Shown piece by piece: positions 1 to 9,496 of a stretch of 64,000 nucleotides of DNA. A program made the translations under genes and the position numbers. The notes under the pieces are model-generated. The model did not search any database. It saw only the letters and a list, made by a program, of their open reading frames with translations, and had not been told where the DNA came from. Origin of the DNA: a virus (taxonomy: Duplodnaviria; Caudoviricetes). The number at the start of each line of letters is the position of its first letter. Positions within the stretch are counted from its first letter, which is position 1. The stretch lies in IMG/VR virus record IMGVR_UViG_3300031994_000004; one strand, given 5' to 3'.

Positions 1-143
1 GAGAAGCAATAAAGAAAGACCTTAAGACAAGACTAGACACAGTTAGATTGGTAAAGAATCTTATGGATGATTTGGGATTGTCTTTTGACGATAACTCAAA
101 GACCAAAGTTATTGGTTGGGAAAAAGAATACCGAAATCTATGA
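1..143 (+). CDS. 3' end of a hypothetical protein (partial)
   Basis: Open frame from the window edge (EAIKKDLKTRL...EYRNL*); stop overlaps the next ATG (ATGA). Confidence 0.6.
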   Translation, partial: EAIKKDLKTRLDTVRLVKNLMDDLGLSFDDNSKTKVIGWEKEYRNL

Positions 144-832
144 AATACGCTTTAATCGGACATAACATTGAATACTCAAAATCTAAGGAATGGTTTGAAA
201 GCCAGGGTGTAGAGTATGAAGTATTTGATACAGACGATTTGAAAGGAACGATTGAGAAAATCAAAGCGGACTCGGAGATAGGTGGTTTCAATGTTACAAC
301 TCCTTACAAACAAGAAGTAATTAAATACTTGGATTTTGTTGAAGGAGATTCTGTTAACTGTGTAAAGAAATTATCTGATGGTTCTTTATGGGGTAAATCC
401 TTTGACGGAAGTGCTTTCTGTTTAGAACTTTCTCATCTGTTAGACAGTCACGATGATTGGGAATTAACCTTTCCAAACAAATGTGCTATACTTGGTAATG
501 GTGGAGTAGTTCCAGTAATTTACAAAGAATTAGCTGAGAGTGCTGAAGTAGTAGATATATTTGCTAGACATCCAAAGGATAAAGAATACCCATTGACTGA
601 ATTTAATGCTAAGCGTTATTCTTTGATTGTCAATACTATCCCGTTCAAAGCAAACATTGACATAAACTTTAATAATAAGTCTAAGTTCATTTATTTTGAT
701 TTGAATTATGCTGATGATAGATTGGTGAAAAAAGCAGAAAAGAATAAACACTGTAGTTGGTCGGTTAATGGATTGGATATGTTAGAAACACAAGCAAGAT
801 TTGCTTTAAACTGGTGGAGGGAAGATGTCTAA
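140..832 (+). CDS. aroE: Shikimate dehydrogenase-like protein
   Basis: MKYALIGHNIEYSKS, GFNVTTPYK, VNCV, ILGNGG, IVNT, DLNY, NGLDMLETQA match AroE motifs; ATG 140 is coupled to the upstream stop. Confidence 0.85.
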   Translation: MKYALIGHNIEYSKSKEWFESQGVEYEVFDTDDLKGTIEKIKADSEIGGFNVTTPYKQEVIKYLDFVEGDSVNCVKKLSDGSLWGKSFDGSAFCLELSHLLDSHDDWELTFPNKCAILGNGGVVPVIYKELAESAEVVDIFARHPKDKEYPLTEFNAKRYSLIVNTIPFKANIDINFNNKSKFIYFDLNYADDRLVKKAEKNKHCSWSVNGLDMLETQARFALNWWREDV

Positions 833-1043
833 AAGACCAGATTGTTGTAAAGATTGTATTCATAGTTTTACAGGACATTGTTATGGTTGTGGCGCTTATG
901 ACCCAACTGATGAAGAATGGGTAGCTGAAAACGAAGAAAAATCTGATTGGTTGTGGCAAAAACAAGCAAAAGAATATGCTGAAAGAATGAAGTTCATTGA
1001 AGAACAACAGAAAAAAGAAAAGCAGGTAAAGAATGAAGATTAA
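825..1043 (+). CDS. Small hypothetical protein with Cys cluster
   Basis: CCKDCIH..CYGC followed by a charged helix; overlaps the aroE stop. Confidence 0.6.
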   Translation: MSKRPDCCKDCIHSFTGHCYGCGAYDPTDEEWVAENEEKSDWLWQKQAKEYAERMKFIEEQQKKEKQVKNED

Positions 1044-1176
1044 AAGAGTACTTTTAATTCCATTTATTTTGTTAGCAACGGTTGTTTTATTGCCGATAAT
1101 TGCTATATTTTTCTTGTTAATGATGTTGGAAGAAGTAATTTCAAGCACAATAGAATGGGTTACAAACGAGGAATAA

Positions 1177-1674
1177 ATGGAAACTGTAGACCTACATAGA
1201 GGTAGTATAGATTTTATTTTTGAAAATTGTGAGTGTATCACAGTTGATATGTGGGCTATTAAGTACTTTCACTTTGATGTGAAAGAAGAAAGATGGATTT
1301 GGGATAAAGACCATAAGAACTTTCTTAAAACAAATCAAGTAGACGATTTCAATTTGGTACTTGATGTATCTGACCCAAGACATTTTTCACAAACTATTAG
1401 ATTGGCTGACCCAGATAAAACCATAGAAGAAATGGGAAAATACTGTATTGACAGATTGACTAATTCCGATGACATAAGTGGGTTTACGATAAATGGAAAA
1501 GATTATACTGTTCCTTGGAACAGACACGAAAAACCAACTGATGTTGGTATTCCGCTTATTTCAAATACATACCAACGAAATACTGCTTCAGTTAATAAAT
1601 GTGGTGAAAAAACTTTACAAATTAAGATAAAGGAAGAATCAGATGGATCTGGAGAAAATCAAGAAAAACATTGA
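1177..1674 (+). CDS. Hypothetical protein
   Basis: 165 aa ORF with GAGG RBS. Confidence 0.7.
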   Translation: METVDLHRGSIDFIFENCECITVDMWAIKYFHFDVKEERWIWDKDHKNFLKTNQVDDFNLVLDVSDPRHFSQTIRLADPDKTIEEMGKYCIDRLTNSDDISGFTINGKDYTVPWNRHEKPTDVGIPLISNTYQRNTASVNKCGEKTLQIKIKEESDGSGENQEKH

Positions 1675-2146
1675 TGCTTCATTGAGCGAACACGATTTAA
1701 AAGAACTGCGTGATTATGCTGGTTCTCGTTTGGAAGAAGTTCGTAAACAGAAAGAACTCAGTAACAAAGCCGAAGTAGAAATTAAATACAAGGGTAAGTA
1801 TATCCTTTGTTATGGAAAAACTATGCAAATGATTGGCGGAGTTAAAAACCAAAATGACATTAAAATTGTTTATGTAGAAGATACTGATTTTCAAGGTCAT
1901 GGGTTTTTCCGCTGTAAAGCAAAAATTATACAAATTAAATACAATGACGAATACAATTTAGTCAATCACATCGGTGCTGAAGATTATGGTGAAGTCTATG
2001 TTTCATTTGAACACGATGACCAGTATTCATTTTATGAAAATGACATTGAAAAAATTTTGACAAAAGATGAAGTCATTGAAATGTTAGACGAAGCAAAAGC
2101 TGCTCAAATAGATATGATGGATGAATGGAAAAAATGCTTACAATAG
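1643..2146 (+). CDS. Hypothetical protein
   Basis: 167 aa ORF, AAGGA upstream, operonic. Confidence 0.7.
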   Translation: MDLEKIKKNIDASLSEHDLKELRDYAGSRLEEVRKQKELSNKAEVEIKYKGKYILCYGKTMQMIGGVKNQNDIKIVYVEDTDFQGHGFFRCKAKIIQIKYNDEYNLVNHIGAEDYGEVYVSFEHDDQYSFYENDIEKILTKDEVIEMLDEAKAAQIDMMDEWKKCLQ

Positions 2147-2562
2147 TACCAACAAATTATAAGGTTAAATTTGACAAGCTGCTTTCATTTAAGAAAGACA
2201 AAACAAAAATGCTTGCCAAATTGAAGGAATTGGTTGTAAAACAGAAAACTTTTGAAGAAGAAAGTATGTTATACAACTATAAGGGAAAGGACAAAAAATT
2301 AATCTGGTCCTGTATGGAATTCTTTTATGAGAATTTGTGGAATAAGGAATTTCGTGAATTTATTTACAATGACGATAAAGACAGTTGGGAAAACTACCAT
2401 ATACAACTGAAATGTAAAAATAAATTTACAGAAGTTACGATTGTTTACGGAATTGGGGCATTTTGCGTAATTGCTCCATTAGCCAAACCAACTGACAAAT
2501 CCAAAATTCTTGACTTGGATAAAGTTGTCATTGGAAAAACTGAAATTTTCTACGATTTGTAA
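2125..2562 (+). CDS. Hypothetical protein
   Basis: 145 aa operonic ORF. Confidence 0.65.
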   Translation: MEKMLTIVPTNYKVKFDKLLSFKKDKTKMLAKLKELVVKQKTFEEESMLYNYKGKDKKLIWSCMEFFYENLWNKEFREFIYNDDKDSWENYHIQLKCKNKFTEVTIVYGIGAFCVIAPLAKPTDKSKILDLDKVVIGKTEIFYDL

Positions 2563-2623
2563 ATAAAGTTTTACATAAAACTATAATAAAATCATTGACA
2601 AGCTCAATGATTTTTTCTATATT
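2559..2623 (+). promoter_or_regulatory. Sigma70-type promoter with GTAAA-N6-TTTAC box, fused to a terminator-like hairpin
   Basis: GTAAA taaagt TTTAC 2559-2574; TTGACA 2595-2600, 17 nt spacer, TATATT 2618-2623; hairpin aatcattga/tcaatgatt plus T run. Confidence 0.85.
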
Positions 2624-2648
2624 ATGACTATACAAAAGAGGTACAACT

Positions 2649-3029
2649 ATGAACGAAAATCTTGAAAAACTCCTGAAAATGGCAAAGGTCACCACCACAC
2701 AGAACATTGAGGTTCGTGAAAACTTCATTATGTTTAAGAATGGTGATAGTGGTTTTTATCCGCTTGCCAAAATCTATGACAAGTATATTGAAGTTCTTTG
2801 GTTGGAACTGAATGACATTGAAATGGACCTGTATGTTCGCCGTGATAATCGTGGTGAATACGATTGGCTGGCCCGCGTTCCGTATGAAAATCTCAATGAA
2901 ACTGAATTTGAAGTTTACGCAAAGGATTTGCGTGAAACGATGTTCACGAATTACAAAATGGCTAAGGCCGTATCGGCCGCACGAAACGCATTTTGGAAAA
3001 CTTACCACGCAGTTATGGAGGGTAAGTAA
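2649..3029 (+). CDS. Hypothetical protein (early)
   Basis: First ORF after the promoter; AGAGGT RBS. Confidence 0.75.
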   Translation: MNENLEKLLKMAKVTTTQNIEVRENFIMFKNGDSGFYPLAKIYDKYIEVLWLELNDIEMDLYVRRDNRGEYDWLARVPYENLNETEFEVYAKDLRETMFTNYKMAKAVSAARNAFWKTYHAVMEGK

Positions 3030-3340
3030 TGGGACTTATTAAAGAAACTCTCAAAGAAGCATTTGAAGACACAAAGCTAGAACTTGGTGTTGCTAAACCA
3101 GATTGGTTGGTTAGTTATTTGCCTAAAATCGGACTTATGATTTGGTGGGCAGTTGTAGTAATTTGGTTTGTTAGTGTTCAGTTTATGATTCCAATTAAAT
3201 TGTTTATGTATGGAAAAATGAATGATTCACTGGCACATACATTTGGAGCAGTATTTATTATTTTGATTGGATTTATCATTAACACTTTTCTGTTAAATTT
3301 CACAATGAAACTTCACGATAAAATTATGGAGAAGAAGTAA
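3029..3340 (+). CDS. Small membrane protein
   Basis: Two hydrophobic segments; TAATG coupling. Confidence 0.7.
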   Translation: MGLIKETLKEAFEDTKLELGVAKPDWLVSYLPKIGLMIWWAVVVIWFVSVQFMIPIKLFMYGKMNDSLAHTFGAVFIILIGFIINTFLLNFTMKLHDKIMEKK

Positions 3341-3343
3341 ACT

Positions 3344-3595
3344 ATGGAAGATACAACTGGAACAGAATTCAAAGAAGAAAAGACTGACAAAGTCATTTAT
3401 ATGCATATATTTGCAATTTTCATTTCTATCTTCGGCACGGTTTGGTGTTTGAGTTATGGAATTTTCAAACTGGTAAATATGGAAGCATTTTCTGCAGTGT
3501 TCAACATTCTCTTGGGTGCTGTCAATGGAACTTGCTTAATTGTAAACATAACTTCATTCATTAAAAGGAGATTCAAAATTGGACAAACTGCGTAA
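3344..3595 (+). CDS. Small membrane protein
   Basis: Two hydrophobic segments. Confidence 0.7.
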   Translation: MEDTTGTEFKEEKTDKVIYMHIFAIFISIFGTVWCLSYGIFKLVNMEAFSAVFNILLGAVNGTCLIVNITSFIKRRFKIGQTA

Positions 3596-3779
3596 ACAAA
3601 TTAAACAGACACAGATTATCTCTATGAGTCTATCTGTGATTGCTATGGTGTTATGTACCTCTATTGGTATTCACACTATTATAACTGGAAGAGTACTTGC
3701 TGGAACAATTTGCGTAATTTTAGGACTTGCTAATGCAATTTGTTTGGGTAACAATTATTCAAATTTCAAAAAGGAGTAA
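3579..3779 (+). CDS. Small membrane protein
   Basis: TTG start after AGGAG; two hydrophobic segments. Confidence 0.65.
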   Translation: MDKLRKQIKQTQIISMSLSVIAMVLCTSIGIHTIITGRVLAGTICVILGLANAICLGNNYSNFKKE

Positions 3780-3782
3780 ACT

Positions 3783-3974
3783 ATGATTGCTTTAACTATT
3801 GTCGGGGTTGCTGTAACTGCCATCGCATTTATCTTCTGTACCTCTGTTGGTATCAAAATGATAATGGATGATTCTCCAGGTATTGGACTCTGTAACATCG
3901 CTATGGGTGTTGGTAACCTGTTGCTTTGTATCTGTAACATTGTACGATTGGTAGGTCAGAGTGCAGGTGCTTAG
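3783..3974 (+). CDS. Small membrane protein
   Basis: AGGAG RBS; two hydrophobic segments. Confidence 0.7.
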   Translation: MIALTIVGVAVTAIAFIFCTSVGIKMIMDDSPGIGLCNIAMGVGNLLLCICNIVRLVGQSAGA

Positions 3975-4143
3975 TTTGATGGCATTAGTAGCAGCCATTG
4001 GTTGTGCTTGTGGTGCTATTCTAATTCGTAAAGATAACAAGCAACTGTTTTGGATAAATACAGTTCTCGCAGTAGCAAATGGTGGACTTGCTATTATGGG
4101 ATTTACAGGTATGTTCACCAATTTCACATAAAGGAAACAAACT

Positions 4144-4551
4144 ATGTTTAAGACACTATTATTCGTATATCTCGGTGGTGTATCACAAGCTGCTACAGTA
4201 ATCTGTGCGGTATTCTCATCCATCTTTATTTTGGCTGCGATTGGTTTTTATATCGGTTCGTTCTGTTATGAATGTTATAAGGACGAAGAAGAAAAGAAAA
4301 TGCGAGCCATGTTCTCAAAGATGGGAAAGTGGTTCTGTATCATTGGTGTTGCTATGGCATTTACAGGAGTTGTTCTTCCAGACAAGCAAGTATGTTATAT
4401 GGCGGCTGCCGTTTCTTCAGCAGAATACATTACACAGGAAACTGAAATCGGTAAGGCACTTAACGAAACATCTGTTGGCTTGATTAAGGATGTCGGCAAG
4501 ATAGTTCACGATATGGCGAACACAACAAATAAGGTAACTGAACATGAGTAA
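4144..4551 (+). CDS. Membrane protein
   Basis: AAGGA RBS; two TM segments. Confidence 0.7.
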   Translation: MFKTLLFVYLGGVSQAATVICAVFSSIFILAAIGFYIGSFCYECYKDEEEKKMRAMFSKMGKWFCIIGVAMAFTGVVLPDKQVCYMAAAVSSAEYITQETEIGKALNETSVGLIKDVGKIVHDMANTTNKVTEHE

Positions 4552-4639
4552 TAGATAGATAAGTTCAATTTCAAACAAAATGTATAGCAAAACTATTGCT
4601 ATACATTTAAACTTTTATTACATTTAAATAAGAGAAACT

Positions 4640-5140
4640 ATGGCATTAACAACTTGGGGTAAGAAAATGGCCGCAAAAGAACATAAAGTAATTGATGCTG
4701 AAATCATTGGTCAGCCGAAAAAGAAGATTCCACTTAAGAAAGACAGTCTTACATTGAACATTTTACTAATCACAGTTCTTGTATTGTTGATTGGTGGTGC
4801 TGGATATGCGATTGGTAGATATACTGCACCTGAACCAACTGTAAAAGTTAAGAAAGTAATGACTGATACAATGGGAAATGAATGGTTCACTATCAAGCAC
4901 AAAGTTGATGATATGGACACGCCTGAAGAATTCAAGGGAACTAGATTCTATGCTGGGTTCCTTGACTTCAAGAATATGCGTGACCGAGTGAGAGCGTTCA
5001 CAGATGTAACTCATTTTACGATTGGTTGCTCTGGTGATATGTTTAGTGCAGAAGGCCAATTATGGTGTACAAATGATTGGATAATTAAACTATCCGAAAC
5101 TATACCGAATGAAATTTTAACAAAGTATTATAAGAAATAA
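4640..5140 (+). CDS. Hypothetical single-TM protein
   Basis: One hydrophobic segment; 166 aa. Confidence 0.7.
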   Translation: MALTTWGKKMAAKEHKVIDAEIIGQPKKKIPLKKDSLTLNILLITVLVLLIGGAGYAIGRYTAPEPTVKVKKVMTDTMGNEWFTIKHKVDDMDTPEEFKGTRFYAGFLDFKNMRDRVRAFTDVTHFTIGCSGDMFSAEGQLWCTNDWIIKLSETIPNEILTKYYKK

Positions 5141-5586
5141 TGGAAGAATTGGTTTACATACAACATATAAAAAATTCTGTATTTGCTACAGGATGTGCAC
5201 CTACATTAAAGGTTCACTTGTATGCAATTCGTTTGATTGTAAAAATCTTATTGAAGTTCGCATTACAAGAAAAAAAGATTTTTATATTTTTTGGGTTAGA
5301 TTTGCTTTTATGTTTTATACCTAATAAATTAAAAAATTTGGAAAATAAAATAACCTGGTGGCGAGATAAGTATTTGAATTATTTAATAAGTAAAGACTGG
5401 ACAAAAATTGATTCGTGGTATTTCTTGGATGACGATAAATGGAATGACTATTTAAAGGAACACCCTGACAGAAAAGAATACTTTGAAAAACGCAGAAAAA
5501 TGGATTCCAAATTACTTGAAATTTATTTAGACCAGGAGCGAGTTGATAGTAACTTTATGGAGAAGTATACTAAAAGATATATGTGA
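5140..5586 (+). CDS. Hypothetical protein
   Basis: TAATG-coupled 148 aa ORF. Confidence 0.6.
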   Translation: MEELVYIQHIKNSVFATGCAPTLKVHLYAIRLIVKILLKFALQEKKIFIFFGLDLLLCFIPNKLKNLENKITWWRDKYLNYLISKDWTKIDSWYFLDDDKWNDYLKEHPDRKEYFEKRRKMDSKLLEIYLDQERVDSNFMEKYTKRYM

Positions 5587-5768
5587 GGTTCATTATGTTG
5601 TTAAAAACTGAAGACAAAAAAGACTTGGAACTTTCATTTAGACCTGTTGCAGATCCGACAGAAATAATAAATGAGAAAACAGACAAAAAAGACATAATAA
5701 TTACTATATTTCTATATGTAATGATGGCAGGAATTATAATCTATAACTTGATTTAAGGAGAATAAACT

Positions 5769-6563
5769 ATGAGTGATACATTCGGTGATAGAATGAAAAT
5801 GTATGAAGGCATTGAAGCACAACGTGCGTTCATGCCAGGACTTCCTATTTGCGTAAGAATTGACGGTAGAGCATTCCACACATTTACACGTGGTATGCAG
5901 CGCCCTTATGACAAAGCAATGGCTGATGCTATGATTGAAACTATGAAGTATCTAGTTGAACAGACTTATGCTTGTATTGGTTACACTCAGTCCGATGAAA
6001 TTTCTTTGATTATCAGAGACGATGTGGAACCGCTTTTCGGTGGTCGCATTTCTAAATTGACTTCAATTCTCGCATCTATGGCAACTGCCAAGTTCAATGA
6101 AGTTATCCACAAGACTTATCCTGAAAAGCCTTTGGCTCAGTTTGATTGCCGATGCTGGCAGGTTCCAAACAGAACTGAAGCAACTAACGAAATTCTCTGG
6201 CGTGAATACGATGCGACAAAGAACTCTATTTCTATGGCAGCTAGAGCTTACTATTCTGACAAACAACTACTTGGAAAGAACGGAAGTCAAAAGCAGGATA
6301 TGCTTATGGATAATGGTGTAAACTGGAATGATTATCCAGCATTCTTCAAGCGTGGAACTTATGCTCAGCGCAAAGTCATTGAAAGACCAATGACAGATGA
6401 AGAATGGGCAAAAATCCCTGACAAACACAAAGCAAATCTCAGCAGAGAAACACCAGTGAAACGCACAGTTATTCAAACATTGGATATGCCTGTTTTCACA
6501 AAGGTAACAAACCGAGTGGATGTAATCTTTAATGGTGCTGAACCACAGGTGGAAAATGAGTAA
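5769..6563 (+). CDS. tRNA(His) guanylyltransferase Thg1-like protein
   Basis: VRIDGRAFHTFT, GYTQSDEISL, GRISKLTS, FDCR, WREYDATKNSISM, NWNDYP..FKRG motifs. Confidence 0.93.
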   Translation: MSDTFGDRMKMYEGIEAQRAFMPGLPICVRIDGRAFHTFTRGMQRPYDKAMADAMIETMKYLVEQTYACIGYTQSDEISLIIRDDVEPLFGGRISKLTSILASMATAKFNEVIHKTYPEKPLAQFDCRCWQVPNRTEATNEILWREYDATKNSISMAARAYYSDKQLLGKNGSQKQDMLMDNGVNWNDYPAFFKRGTYAQRKVIERPMTDEEWAKIPDKHKANLSRETPVKRTVIQTLDMPVFTKVTNRVDVIFNGAEPQVENE

Positions 6564-6807
6564 TAATGAATTTGATGATTTCATAAATCAAATATATCAT
6601 AACCCTAGTGGTGGGAGTTATAGACCATCTGCACTTGGTTCTGCCCGTAATAAGACCATTGAAGATATAATAAAATCTATTACTGAACAAGCAGACAAAT
6701 ACTGTGAAGAATTAGAACAGAAACGAAAAGGAAAACACGAACCAAAATTCACAGATGAAGAATTTAATAAGACCTGTGAAGAATTAGGCCTAGTGGAGGA
6801 TAAGTAA
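6556..6807 (+). CDS. Hypothetical protein, pair family A copy 1
   Basis: FTDEEFNKTCEELGL motif shared with the 7109 and 8522 genes. Confidence 0.7.
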   Translation: MSNNEFDDFINQIYHNPSGGSYRPSALGSARNKTIEDIIKSITEQADKYCEELEQKRKGKHEPKFTDEEFNKTCEELGLVEDK

Positions 6808-7109
6808 TGTTTGATATAGATAGCTGGCTCAGCACTCTTAATGAAGATTACCATCGGCCGAAAAGCACTCTCCGTAAATTTAAACTTGGTAATTTAGATG
6901 TTAGAGTATGGAATTACGATAACGAAGAATTACAGATTGACGAAGTAAAATTTCAAATCACTCCTAATGGAGAATTGGATGTTCATATTACTGGACAAAC
7001 AACACTTCATACACTACAAGAACTAAGTGACACAGTTAATTTGTATAGAAAATCGTACAAAGTAATGATTGAAACAGCTAAACAACTTAAATTATTGGGA
7101 GATTTCTAA
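6807..7109 (+). CDS. Hypothetical protein, pair family B copy 1 (C-terminal DF tag)
   Basis: KFKLGN...LKLLGDF; paralog of the 7361 and 8740 genes. Confidence 0.75.
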   Translation: MFDIDSWLSTLNEDYHRPKSTLRKFKLGNLDVRVWNYDNEELQIDEVKFQITPNGELDVHITGQTTLHTLQELSDTVNLYRKSYKVMIETAKQLKLLGDF

Positions 7110-7342
7110 TGTCTTTTGATTTAGATGAAGCGAAAAACTTACTTGAAGAAAATGGTTTTAACCTTTTTGGTTCAGCTAATTTATCAAAAAAAGATGCTGA
7201 TGATGAATTAGAAAAAGAAAAATTCACTGAAGAAGAATTTGAAAAAGCTTGCGAAGATTTAGGCCTTGAAGATTGTGGTGAAGAAACTGACGATGTGGAT
7301 GATTTCTTTTCTCGGTTACAATGCCGAACCATACAGGAATAA
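7109..7342 (+). CDS. Hypothetical protein, pair family A copy 2 (may extend to 7352 by +1 shift at CGG 7313)
   Basis: FTEEEFEKACEDLGL motif. Confidence 0.7.
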   Translation: MSFDLDEAKNLLEENGFNLFGSANLSKKDADDELEKEKFTEEEFEKACEDLGLEDCGEETDDVDDFFSRLQCRTIQE

Positions 7343-7360
7343 TAACTGGTAGGTAGAATT

Positions 7361-7687
7361 ATGGCAATACCATCACAAAGTGAAATGTTTAAGAGAGTAT
7401 GTGGTTATACTCTGGGCCGTGATTATAGTAGAAGAAGAACATCTTCATTAAAATTTCTTAAAATTGGAGATGCTATGCTTCAAATTGAGAATTTGTATAA
7501 TAAGCAAATTCGTGTACAGAAAGTTTCTTTTGAGATTAACCCTGATGGAAAAGTTTCAACACATGCTGGTGGATATGAAATTATAAACACTATTGATGAA
7601 CTAAAGGATATGGTTAAACGATACAGATTAGCTTATCAAGAAATGAAAGCACTGGAAAAGAAATTGAAGTTCCAAGGAGATTTTTAA
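7361..7687 (+). CDS. Hypothetical protein, pair family B copy 2 (C-terminal DF tag)
   Basis: KFLKIGD...LKFQGDF. Confidence 0.75.
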   Translation: MAIPSQSEMFKRVCGYTLGRDYSRRRTSSLKFLKIGDAMLQIENLYNKQIRVQKVSFEINPDGKVSTHAGGYEIINTIDELKDMVKRYRLAYQEMKALEKKLKFQGDF

Positions 7688-8187
7688 TGAAACAAATTAA
7701 GTATTTGTTCATTTCGCAACCAATGAGCGGTTTAACGAATAACGAAATTTTGGATGTTAGACAAAAAGCAACACAGTTCATTTCGGATAAGTATCCTGAC
7801 AATGAGATACTTGTTTTGCCAAGTTATAAGGAACAACCTGACAATACTTACAATGCAACAAGCGCAGTTAATTTGTTGGGAAATGCCATTAGTCTTATGG
7901 CAAAAGCGAATGTAATTTACTTTGTTCCTGGCTGGCAAAAATCTAGGGGTTGTCAGATTGAAAATGAAGTAGCCCGTAGATGGTTAGAAGAAACAGGAGT
8001 TGAACTCATTGAAGATGGAATGGAAAAGGTTGATGTTGAATTAACTCCTGAACAATTAGAAATCTTAAAATCCGAAGCAGATAAAGCAGGTATGTCAGTT
8101 CATAAGTTCATTAACCTTAAACTGAAACAAGCAATGACTGACGGAACATTGGAAAAAATTGCTGAAGAAATTAAAAAATGCAGTTAA
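7687..8187 (+). CDS. DUF4406 / nucleoside deoxyribosyltransferase-like protein
   Basis: FISQPMSGL and GWQKSRGCQIE motifs. Confidence 0.75.
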   Translation: MKQIKYLFISQPMSGLTNNEILDVRQKATQFISDKYPDNEILVLPSYKEQPDNTYNATSAVNLLGNAISLMAKANVIYFVPGWQKSRGCQIENEVARRWLEETGVELIEDGMEKVDVELTPEQLEILKSEADKAGMSVHKFINLKLKQAMTDGTLEKIAEEIKKCS

Positions 8188-8525
8188 CATTTATCCAAAA
8201 TAGGGATTTCATTTGTCATTGGCCTGGATGTAGATTAAAAACAAAGGACAGAAACCAAATTGAATTTCACCATATCGTCCCGAGAGAATTACACCCGAGA
8301 TTGAATCAGGGAGTTACTTTGAGTTTTTGTCCTTCACACCACAGAATGATTTTTCACCCGGAAAGCACTAAAGGTCCGCATAGTATAAATAGTCCAAACA
8401 AATTACAAATTTTGAACATTTATCCAGTGGCACCGAGTGGTTATGCTGTTGAATACAAACGATTTAACGATGAAATCTTCTTTGAATTTTTTGAAGGCGA
8501 TTATAGAAATGGAGAAGTAGAATGA
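8178..8525 (+). CDS. HNH-family nuclease
   Basis: CHWPGC ... EFHHIVP ... CPSHHRMI. Confidence 0.7.
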   Translation: MQLTFIQNRDFICHWPGCRLKTKDRNQIEFHHIVPRELHPRLNQGVTLSFCPSHHRMIFHPESTKGPHSINSPNKLQILNIYPVAPSGYAVEYKRFNDEIFFEFFEGDYRNGEVE

Positions 8526-8807
8526 GCGGTAGTAATGATTATATAGTATGTAGTCGGTTGGAACGATACAAGTACAGTTTCCAGTAATGATTTAGGTACT
8601 TGGTCTTATCAACCATATACTTTGCGTGGTTCACAAACCACACAAGCAAGCAATACAGTAGATATAGGTATGGAAGAAAAACCACCTGTTTGTACAAATG
8701 AAGAATGGGAAAAATTCTGTGAAGAGGAGGGATTGGAAGATGGCAACGGCTACAGTACATACGCAAGTAACATCTACACAAACGCAACAACAACACTCTC
8801 AGCATAG
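8522..8807 (+). CDS. Pair family A copy 3, requires +1 shift at CGG 8555 (94 aa)
   Basis: ATG 8522 (GGAG RBS, ATGA-coupled) reads MSGSNDYIVCS-CGG then stops. Skipping C8555 gives GWNDTSTV...CTNEEWEKFCEEEGL. Confidence 0.65.
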
Positions 8808-9223
8808 TAATGCGACAGTAAGCAGTATTTCCATTTCAAATGGTACAGTTTCAAATGGTACTGGAACAATTAAAATTTCCAATACAATTTCCAATTTAGG
8901 GAATTACTATACTACTGCTAGCCCAAGTATTACTAATGCGGTGTGGAGTGTTTATACAAACTTTATGAAACCAAAATCATTTAAACTTCGGTAATACAAC
9001 TGTTTGTATTTACAACTGCGACAATAAGTACTTCATTGTTGATAATGTGCAGTTTTCATTTGCAACACAAGGTACAAATGTTACATTGATGGTTGGAACT
9101 TGTGGAACTACAAATTTGTCCAGTTTAGATGAAGTAAGAAATTATATAAAGTCAATGAAGATGTATTACTTAAAATGTAAGGAATTTGAAAAACAACTTG
9201 AATTAACTTCGGATTTCGCATAA
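8740..9223 (+). CDS. Pair family B copy 3, requires +1 shift at CGG 8989 (160 aa, C-terminal DF tag)
   Basis: ...KSFKL-CGG-TAA. Skipping C8989 gives GNTTVCIYNCDNKYFIVDNVQF...KQLELTSDFA, collinear with paralog 6807. Confidence 0.8.
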
Positions 9224-9496
9224 ATAAAATATGGGAATTATAATACTTTGTACGATAATGATTTTGTTTTGTTCAGCAGTTCTTTATACACTGTTGAAAG
9301 ATAGAACTTTTGACCAGTCTAATGTGATTGGGATGGTTTTGTGCAGTTTAACAATTTTATTGTCAACTGCGACAATTATTATGAAAATAATGTAAGTTCA
9401 ACTTGAAACAAAATTTTATAAAGTTTAAAATGGACGGGTTTACAACTTGCCCATTTTTTGTTATATTATAGATAGAACTTAAATGGAGAACACTTA

